Assembly: GCA_965279345.1 (NCBI GenBank)
Contig: CBDIHN010000003.1
Span: 468,172-492,171, forward strand
Source: Aestuariivirga sp.
GTDB lineage: Bacteria; Pseudomonadota; Alphaproteobacteria; Rhizobiales; Aestuariivirgaceae
Direction of reading: 5' to 3'
Length of the DNA stretch: 24,000 nucleotides
Of this stretch, positions 9,424 to 17,635 are shown piece by piece; the stretch's first letter is position 1; each line of letters opens with the position of its first letter. The notes beneath the pieces were generated by a model that did no database searches, was not told the origin of the DNA, and saw only the letters and a list, made by a program, of their open reading frames with translations. The position numbers and the translations under genes were made by a program.

Positions 9424-12073
9424 ACCCGGCGATAGGCGTCCCTCACCGGACGCCCTTCTGGAGCTTGCCGCGAAAGAGAAGCGCGGCAAGCTGAAAATTT
9501 TTATCGGTGCGGCACCCGGCGTAGGCAAGACCTACGCCATGCTCTCGGGTGCCCAGCGCCTCAAGGGTGAGGGCAGGGATGTCGTCATAGGTGTAGTGGA
9601 AACCCATGGGCGTTCCGAAACCGCAGCGCTGCTCCCCGATCTCGAAGTCCTGCCGCGCAAGACGATGACCTATCGCGGCCACGCGCTGCTGGAGTTCGAT
9701 ATTGATGCAGCACTGGCCCGCAAGCCGCAGCTCATCATCGTCGACGAACTGGCTCATACCAATGCGCCGGACTCCCGCCATCCCAAACGTTATCAGGACG
9801 TCGAGGAACTTCTCGATGCCGGTATCAATGTTTGGACCGCACTCAACATCCAGCACATCGAAAGCCTGTCCGATGTTGTGTCCACAATTACCGGCGTCAA
9901 GGTGCGTGAACTTGTTCCGGATACGGTGGTGGAAGAAGCAGCTGATGTGGTGGTGGTGGACATTACCCCCGATGAGATGATCCAGCGCCTCAAGGAAGGC
10001 AAGGTTTATCTTCCCGACAATGCCCGAAGGGCCGCCGACAATTTCCTCCAGGCTGGGAATCTCACCGCCCTGCGTGAACTGGCGCTGCGCCGCACGGCGG
10101 AGCGGGTTGACGACCAGATGGTTGATTATCTGCGCCAGCATGCCATCGAAGGGCCGTGGCCAACGACGGACCGCATTCTCGTTTGTGTCGGCAGTGATGA
10201 TTTCTCCGAACGCGTGGTGCGCCAGACGGCGCGGATCGCCGGGGCATTGAATGCCACCTGGGTTGCCGTCCATGCCTCGCGGCCTGCCGAAGGCGCCCTT
10301 GATACGGAAAAAATGCAGCGCGTTGACAGCAATCTTGCCCTGGCGGCGCGGCTTGGCGCGGAAGTATCGCGCCTCACGGCCAAGGACCTGCCAACCGAAG
10401 TGCTGCGCTTTGCCGCCCAGGAAAACATTACCCAGATCATCATGGGCCGCTCAAGGACAGGGTTTCTGAAGCGATTCCTGGGACGCTCTCTTTCCGACGA
10501 AATCCTGCGCCAGGCCCATGGTGTTTCGGTTCACATCATTACCGATGACCAGCCGGCATCACTGCCGATCCGGCTTCGCCGCCCCCGCATTGAGCTGGGC
10601 GGCCTGGCGGCAGCACCGATTGCGGTGTCAGGCGCCATTCTGCTGGGCCTTGTCGCCAATCATTTCTTGAAACTCCCCAATCTCTCCATGATTTTTCTGG
10701 CCGCCGTGCTCTTCTGCGCGATCACCTTTGGCACCTGGAGCGCGGTGATCGCGGCGGGCCTGTCATTTCTGGCTTACAATTTTTTCTTTATCAGCCCGCT
10801 TCATACCTTCACCATCGCCAGCCCCCATGAATTGCTGGCGCTGTTTATTTTTCTTCTGGTGGCCATCCTGACGGGAGGCCTCGCGGGCCGGGTTCGCGAA
10901 CAGTCAATCACCGCGCTTACACGCGTCAAACAGGTTGAAACGCTCTTTGATCTTTCGCGCAAGCTCTCGGCAAGTGTGAAGATCGACGACCTCATGTGGA
11001 TTGTCGCAACCCAGGCGGCGGCTACCGCCAGGGGGCAATCCATTGTCCTGCTTCAAAAGGAGGGCGAACTTGCGATCATGGCAGGCATGCCACCCGAGGA
11101 CAATTTGGGGCCAGCCGACTGGACTGCCGCGCGCTGGTCATTCAATCACGGCGAGATCGCGGGGTGGAACTCCGAAACCTTGCCCAACGCGCGGTTTCAG
11201 TATCATCCGTTGAAAACTCCGCACGGTATTGCCGGGGTCGTCGGCATCAGGCCGGGCGAAGCCAAGTTTTCAGCCGAGGCCCAGCGCATGATGGAAGCCC
11301 TGATGGATCAGGTGTCCACCGCCCTGGAACGCACTGTTCTGGCGGATGAGGCCGCCGACGCCCGCGCCAGCGCCGAAGGCGAGAAGCTGCGCTCGGCCTT
11401 GCTCTCGTCAATTTCGCACGATCTTAGAACGCCCTTGTCATCAATCGTAGGTTCGGTCACCACCTTGCGCAGTCTTGACAGCAAGATGACCAAGCCGGTG
11501 CGCGATGATCTCCTCGCCAATATCGAAGAGGAGGCCAGCCGCCTTTCCCGCTTCGTGGCAAATCTTCTCGACATGACAAAAATTGAAGGCGGGGCGGTAA
11601 AGCTCGGCAAGGAACCGGTCGATGTGGCCGATGTGGTTGCAGCGGCCATAAGGCGCGCCCGCCAGACCTGGCCACAGCGGGAAATTGTCACCAGGATTGC
11701 GCCAGCTATTCCATCGGTGGCAGGCGATGCGGCATTGCTTGAACAGCTTGTCTTCAATCTTCTCGACAATGCCCACAAGTATTCGCCTGCGGAAAGTCCC
11801 ACGGCGGTTTCCGTTGCCGAGGAGGAAGGCCAGATCGTTTTGCGCATTGAGGATGAGGGGCCTGGTATCGCACCGGATGAACTGGAAAGGGTCTTCGAAA
11901 AATTCTACCGGGTCAAAGGCGTTGACGGGCGCTCTCCTGGCACCGGGCTAGGGCTTGCCATCTGTCGCGGCATTGCCACCGCGATGGGTGGCAGCATCCA
12001 GGCCGAAAGCCCCGTTTCCAAGGGACATGGCACACGCATTGTTGTGCGCTTTCCAAAGGTGGCATCGCCATGA
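9416..12073 (+). CDS. kdpD: Sensor histidine kinase KdpD
   Basis: 885 aa. The N-terminal KdpD domain carries a Walker-A-like GAAPGVGKT, followed by a USP-like region, four TM helices, a GAF-like region, H-box SSISHDLRTPL and the HATPase motifs DEGPGI and GTGLGLAI. ATGA overlap with kdpE. Confidence 0.95.
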   Translation: MAEPGDRRPSPDALLELAAKEKRGKLKIFIGAAPGVGKTYAMLSGAQRLKGEGRDVVIGVVETHGRSETAALLPDLEVLPRKTMTYRGHALLEFDIDAALARKPQLIIVDELAHTNAPDSRHPKRYQDVEELLDAGINVWTALNIQHIESLSDVVSTITGVKVRELVPDTVVEEAADVVVVDITPDEMIQRLKEGKVYLPDNARRAADNFLQAGNLTALRELALRRTAERVDDQMVDYLRQHAIEGPWPTTDRILVCVGSDDFSERVVRQTARIAGALNATWVAVHASRPAEGALDTEKMQRVDSNLALAARLGAEVSRLTAKDLPTEVLRFAAQENITQIIMGRSRTGFLKRFLGRSLSDEILRQAHGVSVHIITDDQPASLPIRLRRPRIELGGLAAAPIAVSGAILLGLVANHFLKLPNLSMIFLAAVLFCAITFGTWSAVIAAGLSFLAYNFFFISPLHTFTIASPHELLALFIFLLVAILTGGLAGRVREQSITALTRVKQVETLFDLSRKLSASVKIDDLMWIVATQAAATARGQSIVLLQKEGELAIMAGMPPEDNLGPADWTAARWSFNHGEIAGWNSETLPNARFQYHPLKTPHGIAGVVGIRPGEAKFSAEAQRMMEALMDQVSTALERTVLADEAADARASAEGEKLRSALLSSISHDLRTPLSSIVGSVTTLRSLDSKMTKPVRDDLLANIEEEASRLSRFVANLLDMTKIEGGAVKLGKEPVDVADVVAAAIRRARQTWPQREIVTRIAPAIPSVAGDAALLEQLVFNLLDNAHKYSPAESPTAVSVAEEEGQIVLRIEDEGPGIAPDELERVFEKFYRVKGVDGRSPGTGLGLAICRGIATAMGGSIQAESPVSKGHGTRIVVRFPKVASP

Positions 12074-12765
12074 AAAAACCGCGCGTGCTCGTTGTTGATG
12101 ATGAACCGCAGATTTTGCGTTTCTTGCGGCCGGGCCTGACGGCAGGTGATTTTGAGGTCATCACCGCCGCCACCGGGGCCGAAGCCGTCAAGCAGGCGGC
12201 CACCATGGCGCCGGATGTCATTGTCCTCGACTTGGGATTGCCGGACAAGGACGGGAAGGACGTCATTCGTGAAATCCGTGCCTGGTCGAAAGTGCCCATC
12301 ATTGTCCTTTCGGCCCGCGACCGGGAATCCGAGAAGATCGATTCACTTGATCTTGGCGCCGATGATTACGTCAACAAGCCCTTCGGCATCGGCGAACTGA
12401 TGGCCCGCATCCGCGCCAGCCTGCGCAACCGTCAGCAGGCTGAAAGCGTGGCAAGCGTCTTCGATGCTGGGGGAATTCTTATCGATACACTTAGGCACAT
12501 GGTAGAAAAGAATGGCGGTCCGGTTCACCTCACTCCAAAAGAATTCGATCTGTTATCTCTCCTGGTCAAAAATTCAGATCGTGTGCTGACTCACCGACAA
12601 ATCCTGACTGCGGTATGGGGCCCGGCCCATACCCATGATGTCCAGTATCTGCGCGTCTTCATCGGCCAGTTGCGCCACAAGATTGAGTCTGATCCGGCTG
12701 ATCCCACACTTATCCTTACTGAACCTGGCATCGGTTATAGATTCAAAGGTGAAACTAATTCATAG
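12070..12765 (+). CDS. kdpE: OmpR-family response regulator KdpE
   Basis: 231 aa. Receiver domain (VLVVDDE...DVIVLDLGLPD...KP) plus a winged-helix trans_reg_C domain (LTPKEFDLLSLL...GYRF). Translationally coupled to kdpD. Confidence 0.93.
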   Translation: MKKPRVLVVDDEPQILRFLRPGLTAGDFEVITAATGAEAVKQAATMAPDVIVLDLGLPDKDGKDVIREIRAWSKVPIIVLSARDRESEKIDSLDLGADDYVNKPFGIGELMARIRASLRNRQQAESVASVFDAGGILIDTLRHMVEKNGGPVHLTPKEFDLLSLLVKNSDRVLTHRQILTAVWGPAHTHDVQYLRVFIGQLRHKIESDPADPTLILTEPGIGYRFKGETNS

Positions 12766-12898
12766 CAGATCCAATTTTAAAAAATGGCCTGCCCTTTGAA
12801 ATCATGCGATAAAGTGTCGTCGGCGAAACTTACCTGTTACACTTGATTTGCACCGATGAAATAAGCAAGAAAAACTGGGGTTTATTTTGTCCAGCACA

Positions 12899-12947
12899 CG
12901 GATTGTGGATCCGGAGGTCGGAGGTCGGAGGTTAGAGACCCCCAACC
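12899..12947 (+). repeat. Degenerate copy of the tRNA-His 3' half (anticodon stem to acceptor 3' strand); att-like direct repeat / tRNA fragment
   Basis: CGGATTGTGGATCCGGAGGTCGGAGGT is identical to 4239-4265. It is followed by one extra CGGAGGT unit, then TAGAGACCCCCAACC versus tRNA TCGAGACCCCCCAGC. It has no 5' half (acceptor or D arm), so it is not a functional tRNA. Confidence 0.8.
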
Positions 12948-12962
12948 GCGCCTCCGCAAAGT

Positions 12963-14360
12963 CTATCTACGAATCCCCAATAGATTGTCCGTCATAAACG
13001 CCTCCGCAAGCTGTGCTTCCGTCATCACGCCTTCGCTCAGGGCAACCTCGCGGATCGTGCGCCGGGTCTTCAGGGCGATTTTCGCCACCCGCGCCGCCTC
13101 GTCATAGCCGATATAGGGGTTGAGCGCCGTCACCGTGACAAGCGAGCCATCCAGCAATTCGCGGCAGCGCTCTTCATCGGCCTCGATGCCCAGCACGCAT
13201 TTTTCGCGCAAGGTCACCATGCCGCGCATCAGCATCCGCATGGATTGCAGGATGTTGAAAACGATGACGGGTTCCATGGCATTCAATTGCAATTGCCCGG
13301 CCTCCGCCGCAAGCGTCACCGTAAGGTCGTTGCCGATCACTTGGTAGGCAATCTGGTTCACCACTTCCGGCACCACCGGATTGACCTTGCCCGGCATGAT
13401 CGAGGAGCCGGCCTGCACCGAGGGCAGGCGGATTTCGCCAAACCCCGCCCGCGGTCCGCTGTTTAGAAGCCGCAAGTCATTGCAGATTTTTGAAAGCTTC
13501 ACCGCAATGCGCTTCAGCACGCCTGAAAAGGTGACAAAGGCCCCCATGTCGGAGGTGGCCTCGATGAGATCGCCGGCGGTGACAAGATCAATGCCCGATA
13601 CTTTTGAGAGATGGGCAATGACCGTGGCCGGATAATCCTCCGGCGTATTGATCCCCGTGCCGATGGCCGTGCCGCCAAGATTGACCTCGCGCAGCAGGTT
13701 GGCAAATTCCTTCAGGCGGTCAATGTCCTCGCCAACCGTGACCGCAAAGGCGCGGAACTCGGACCCCAGCCGCATCGGCACCGCATCCATCAGCTGGGTG
13801 CGCCCAACCTTGATGATGTGATCAAACTCCACGGCTTTCTCTAGAAACGCCGCCTTCAGCGCAATCTGGCTGTCGAGCAATGATGGGCAGTCCCGCAGAA
13901 TAGTGAGGCGCACCGCCGTGGGATAAACGTCATTGGTGGATTGCGAGAGATTGACGTGATCATTGGGATTGATGCTGGCATAATCGCCGCGCGGTTTCCC
14001 GATGTGGCGCAGCGCCATGTTGGCAATGACTTCATTGGCGTTCATGTTGGTGGAGGTGCCGGCACCGCCTTGCAGCATGTCGACGACAAAGAATTCATGG
14101 CCTTCGCCCGCAATGATTTGATCGCAAGCCGCCATAATGGCATCGGCAATTTTAGGGCTGAGCGCGCCGAGCTGAAGATTGGCAAGGGCGCCTGCCTTCT
14201 TCACCATGGCGAGCGACTGCACCAGTTCCGGATAGTGATTGAGCAAAACCCCGGTGATCGGAAAATTCTCAACGGCGCGCGCCGTATGGATGCCATAATC
14301 AGCCGTATCAGGTATTTTCATTTCACCGAGAGAATCTTTTTCAATGCGGAAGGAGGCCAT
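12963..14360 (-). CDS. aspA: Aspartate ammonia-lyase (aspartase)
   Basis: 465 aa of the fumarase/aspartase superfamily. Contains TSTNMNANEVIAN, SQSTNDVYPTA and the signature GSSIMPGKVNPVVPE. The V-V/I-PE variant is typical of AspA rather than FumC. Confidence 0.9.
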   Translation of the reverse strand: MASFRIEKDSLGEMKIPDTADYGIHTARAVENFPITGVLLNHYPELVQSLAMVKKAGALANLQLGALSPKIADAIMAACDQIIAGEGHEFFVVDMLQGGAGTSTNMNANEVIANMALRHIGKPRGDYASINPNDHVNLSQSTNDVYPTAVRLTILRDCPSLLDSQIALKAAFLEKAVEFDHIIKVGRTQLMDAVPMRLGSEFRAFAVTVGEDIDRLKEFANLLREVNLGGTAIGTGINTPEDYPATVIAHLSKVSGIDLVTAGDLIEATSDMGAFVTFSGVLKRIAVKLSKICNDLRLLNSGPRAGFGEIRLPSVQAGSSIMPGKVNPVVPEVVNQIAYQVIGNDLTVTLAAEAGQLQLNAMEPVIVFNILQSMRMLMRGMVTLREKCVLGIEADEERCRELLDGSLVTVTALNPYIGYDEAARVAKIALKTRRTIREVALSEGVMTEAQLAEAFMTDNLLGIRR

Positions 14361-14454
14361 GATTTGAAACTTTCTGATTTGCCGGGCCTATCCATAGGCC
14401 TTGCAAAAAAATTAAGCAAAGTTGATAATTCGCCCGGTTTGAAAGGCTTTTTGT

Positions 14455-14901
14455 GTGACAATTGAACTGAGGCCCGATGGCCGCCAATCGGAAACGGCAC
14501 TTGCCGTGCAGCGCGGTGTCGGTCGCCTGATGCGCAGCCTTGGCTTTGCAATCCTCAACGAGTTCACCCTTGCCACCGGCCGCCGCGCCGATGTAATCGC
14601 CCTGGGTGACAGCGGCGCCATCTGGATTATTGAAATCAAATCCTCGCTTGAGGATTTTCGCGTCGACCAGAAATGGCCTGAGTACCGCGAGTTCTGCGAC
14701 CGCTTTTTCTTCGCCATCCCGCAAACCCTTGATCCCGAGATCATTCCCTACGAGGCGGGCCTCATCGTGGCTGACAATTGGGGCGCGGAAATTCTGCGCC
14801 AGTCCGGCGAAACTACGCTGCACGCCTCACGGCGCAAGGCCGTGACCCTGGCCTTCGCCCGCGTCTCCAGCCAGCGCCTGCACAGCCTTTACGATCCGTG
14901 A
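14455..14901 (+). CDS. MmcB-like PD-(D/E)XK nuclease-fold protein (putative DNA repair protein)
   Basis: 148 aa with a GTG start. RADVIAL...IWIIEIKSS forms a D...E.K restriction-endonuclease-like motif. The sequence resembles what I recall as the 'MmcB family DNA repair protein' often found next to actR in Rhizobiales. The family assignment is from memory and has not been searched. Confidence 0.6.
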   Translation: MTIELRPDGRQSETALAVQRGVGRLMRSLGFAILNEFTLATGRRADVIALGDSGAIWIIEIKSSLEDFRVDQKWPEYREFCDRFFFAIPQTLDPEIIPYEAGLIVADNWGAEILRQSGETTLHASRRKAVTLAFARVSSQRLHSLYDP

Positions 14902-15447
14902 TTATTTGGGCGCGCGTTTTGCCAAGATGCGCTGCAGGGTGCGGCGGTGCATGTTGAGACGGCGCGCCGTTTCCGAAACATTGCGGCTGCACAGTTCATA
15001 GACGCGCTGGATATGCTCCCAGCGCACCCGGTCGGCCGACATGGGATTTTCCGGCAGCGCCGAGCGGCTGTCCTTGTCGGAAATGAGCGCCCCGTAGACC
15101 GCATCGGCGTCGGCGGGCTTGGCCAGATAGTCGATCGCGCCGAGCTTCACGGCAGTCACGGCGGTGGCGATATTGCCGTAGCCCGTGAGCACCACAACCC
15201 GGGCCTCAGGCCTGCTGGCATGCAAGGCTTCGATCACGTCAAGTCCGTTGCCGTCGCCCAGGCGCAGATCGACAACCGCATAGCCCGGCGCTGATTTCTT
15301 CACCTGCTGAATGCCCTCGGCCACCGATTCCGCCATGCGCACTTCAAAGCCGCGTGTTTCCATGGCCCGCGCCAGCCGGGTCAAAAAGGGTTTGTCGTCA
15401 TCAACAAGCAGCAGCGTCTTGTCGGCTGGGAGATTGATTACTGTCAT
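14902..15447 (-). CDS. actR: ActR/RegA/PrrA-family redox response regulator (receiver + Fis-type HTH)
   Basis: Receiver domain LLLVDDD...AVVDLRLGDGNGLDV...LTGYGNIATAVTAVKLGAIDYLAKPADAD, and the highly conserved C-terminal HTH NVSETARRLNMHRRTLQRILAKRAPK. I chose the ATG at 15447 (AAGAGGA SD ~6 nt upstream, 181 aa) over the track's GTG at 15498, which overlaps its own SD-like GGAGG. Confidence 0.9.
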   Translation of the reverse strand: MTVINLPADKTLLLVDDDKPFLTRLARAMETRGFEVRMAESVAEGIQQVKKSAPGYAVVDLRLGDGNGLDVIEALHASRPEARVVVLTGYGNIATAVTAVKLGAIDYLAKPADADAVYGALISDKDSRSALPENPMSADRVRWEHIQRVYELCSRNVSETARRLNMHRRTLQRILAKRAPK

Positions 15448-15502
15448 GTCGGTCCTCTTATTGACACTCTTATACGAGTCAAGAGCCCCCTTGGACACCT
15501 CC

Positions 15503-16852
15503 TTATGGCGAGCCCAAATCCACCATGCTCCGGGGCCAATTCAACTGGATAACGGCGCCATGTTCAGGAAGCGGGCGGTTGGCCAGCGAAACCGTGGCGC
15601 CCGAGCGCTCCAGCAGGGTCTTGGCGATAAAAAAGCCCAATCCCATGCCCTCGTGGCGCCCCTTTTCCCCCTCGTCATCCACACCATAACCCGGCCGTGT
15701 GGTCACGAAGGGATCGCCGAGACGGTCAAAAATCGTCTGGTCAAACCCCGGCCCGTCATCGGAAATCAGCAGCGATACTTTAGCCGACGACCATTGCGCA
15801 ACGATGCTTACTTTTTTCTCGGCAAAATCGACAGCATTTTCCAAAAGATTCGCCAGGCCATAGGCAATGGCCGGATTCCGCCGGAACACTGGTTCGGGCG
15901 TTTGCGCCGCCGTCCCGTCGCCTGAAACCGTGATGTCGATGGTCACATCCGGCCCGCGGATGGGCGCCACCAGGTCTTCGATCATCACCGAGAGCTTGAC
16001 CCGGGCATACATGTCGTCAGCCTGCGTATCCCGGTTGGCAAGCCGCGACAGGATTTCCCGGCACCTCCCTGTCTGGCTGATGAGGAGGTCGATATCCTCC
16101 GTATGCGGACCTTTGTCCGGCAACTCCCGTTTCAGCTCCTTGGCCACAAGGGCGATAGTGGCCAGCGGCGTTCCCAACTCGTGGGCCGCTGCAGCAGCAA
16201 GCCCGTCAAGCGCCGAAAGCCGCTGCTCGCGCGCCAGCACCAGTTCGGCAGCGGTCAGCGCTGATGACATCTGCCGGGCTTCCTCCGCGATGCGCCGCGC
16301 GTAAATCGAGGAAAACACCACGCCGCACATGATGGCCGCCCACATGCCGCCGATATAGGCCTTGGGCAGAACCAGCGGTGCAGCAGTGTTCCACGGCAGC
16401 GGCTGGTGGAAAATTGCCAACACGCTCGCACAAACGAAAGCAATCGTGCTGAGCCACAGCGTCCATTTCAACGGCAAGGACGTTGCCGACACGGTGACTG
16501 GCACCAGAAACAGGAAGGCGAAGGGATTTTCCAGCCCGCCCGTGAGATAGAGCAGCAGCGCCAATTGAATGACATCATAACCCAGCAGCAGGCCGGCCTG
16601 CGTTGGCGCAAGCCTTAAGCTGGAACGCCAGCGCAGGGTAAGAAAGATATTGAGCCAGGCACTGAGCGCTATAACGCCAAGGCAGGCCCCTAGCGGCAAC
16701 GGAAAATCCAGAATGAAATGGACGCCCAGTACCGCCAGCGATTGACCAAAAACCGCAAGCCAGCGCAGCCGCACCAAGGTCCGCAGCCGGAGAAGCCCGG
16801 CGGTTGTGGTAAAAGTTTCCGGTCCCTCCGGAGCGGCCGCAAGAAGTGACAT
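15503..16852 (-). CDS. actS: ActS/RegB/PrrB-family redox-sensing histidine kinase
   Basis: 449 aa with ~6 N-terminal TM helices. H-box AAAAAHELGTPLATI; conserved redox-cysteine region QTGRCREILSRL; HATPase motifs (DDGPGF, GMGLGFFI). Lies directly upstream of actR. Confidence 0.9.
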   Translation of the reverse strand: MSLLAAAPEGPETFTTTAGLLRLRTLVRLRWLAVFGQSLAVLGVHFILDFPLPLGACLGVIALSAWLNIFLTLRWRSSLRLAPTQAGLLLGYDVIQLALLLYLTGGLENPFAFLFLVPVTVSATSLPLKWTLWLSTIAFVCASVLAIFHQPLPWNTAAPLVLPKAYIGGMWAAIMCGVVFSSIYARRIAEEARQMSSALTAAELVLAREQRLSALDGLAAAAAHELGTPLATIALVAKELKRELPDKGPHTEDIDLLISQTGRCREILSRLANRDTQADDMYARVKLSVMIEDLVAPIRGPDVTIDITVSGDGTAAQTPEPVFRRNPAIAYGLANLLENAVDFAEKKVSIVAQWSSAKVSLLISDDGPGFDQTIFDRLGDPFVTTRPGYGVDDEGEKGRHEGMGLGFFIAKTLLERSGATVSLANRPLPEHGAVIQLNWPRSMVDLGSP

Positions 16853-16906
16853 TTAGCCCTTGCCTTAAGATTTACTCAGGCCTGACTTTAGGATAAAGCC
16901 CCGCAA

Positions 16907-17530
16907 ATGCCAAAACCGCATTATGCGCCTTCGCGCTTTCAACTCATTTTCGCAACCCTTGCCCTGCTTGCCGCACTCCTTGTTGCGGGCACGGCCTATT
17001 ATTTTGCGGGTCCACTTCAAACCGCCACAGGAGCCGGCACGGCCCTCATTGGCGGCCCCTTCACGCTCACCGATCAGGACGGGCGCAAGGTGACGGAAAA
17101 GGACTTTCTTGGCAAATACACGCTGGTGTTTTTCGGCTACACCTATTGCCCTGATCTCTGCCCCACCGAATTGCAGGTGATGTCAGCAGCCCTCGACAGT
17201 TTGGGTGCAAAGGCCGATGCCATACAGCCCATCTTCATCAGTTTCGATCCGGAGCGCGACACACCGGAAGTCTTGAAGCAGTATGTTTCAAACTTCCATC
17301 CCCGCCTCGTGGGCCTGACCGGCACGCCGGAGGAAATTGCCATCGCCGCCAAGGCCTACCGGGTCTATTACGCCAAGGTTCCGAACAGTTCCGCCCCCGA
17401 CACCTATCTGATGGATCATTCCACCATCACCTACCTGATGGATCCCCAAGGCAAGTTCCTCAAGCATTTCAGCTATTCCACTGATTCGGCGGCCCTGGCC
17501 AAGGCCCTTGAACAGGCCTTGGCGCCTTAA
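16907..17530 (+). CDS. senC: SCO-family copper chaperone / thiol-disulfide protein (SenC/PrrC/ScoI-like)
   Basis: 207 aa with an N-terminal membrane anchor and a thioredoxin-like fold. Contains FFGYTYCPDLCPTEL (CxxxC) and a downstream conserved His (MDHS). Divergent from actS, the classical reg/prr neighbourhood. Confidence 0.9.
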   Translation: MPKPHYAPSRFQLIFATLALLAALLVAGTAYYFAGPLQTATGAGTALIGGPFTLTDQDGRKVTEKDFLGKYTLVFFGYTYCPDLCPTELQVMSAALDSLGAKADAIQPIFISFDPERDTPEVLKQYVSNFHPRLVGLTGTPEEIAIAAKAYRVYYAKVPNSSAPDTYLMDHSTITYLMDPQGKFLKHFSYSTDSAALAKALEQALAP

Positions 17531-17584
17531 TTTACTGTAATAATAGTATAATAGACCGTTGCGGGAATCCTAAGGAGTTGTTAG

Positions 17585-17607
17585 GTTGCATTGCAGCATG
17601 ATGCGAT
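17585..17607. promoter_or_regulatory. Candidate PhaR/AniA operator upstream of phaZ
   Basis: GTTGCATTGCAGCAT (17585-17599) is 14/15 identical to the phaP box at 3575-3589. It is followed directly by GATGCGA (17600-17606), identical to 3561-3567. The site ends ~30-37 bp upstream of the phaZ ATG. Confidence 0.5.
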
Positions 17608-17635
17608 CACGCGCTCCTGAAGGGACATTTTCTGA

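Noticed and set aside
9443-10273. 276-aa minus-strand ORF inside kdpD, plus other 60-180-aa ORFs nested in kdpD, the PAS kinase, aspA, actS and the PBP gene (e.g. 800..1324, 11308..11847, 13941..14465, 14341..14823, 15311..15925)
   Set aside because: All are nested in or antisense to strongly supported genes, and none has recognisable motifs. This is typical six-frame noise at ~60% GC.
12470-12765. Lower GC in the 3' third of kdpE, as evidence of a mosaic or recombinant KdpE DNA-binding domain
   Set aside because: Hand counts fluctuate (35-60% per 60 nt), and the protein sequence is a normal contiguous OmpR-type wHTH. This is insufficient for a separate claim and is mentioned only as weak support for the island-end composition.
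14385-14400. 16-bp palindrome GGCCTAT-cc-ATAGGCC in the aspA/mmcB-like divergent region, and a search for an alphaproteobacterial SOS box (GTTC-N7-GTTC) there
   Set aside because: No SOS box is present. The palindrome is short and GC-end-weighted, could arise by chance, and I can tie it to no known operator.
14902-15498. 198-aa version of actR starting at GTG 15498
   Set aside because: The GTG is embedded in its own GGAGG, leaving no spacing. The extra 17 aa are not part of RegA/ActR receivers, and the ATG at 15447 has a well-spaced AAGAGGA.
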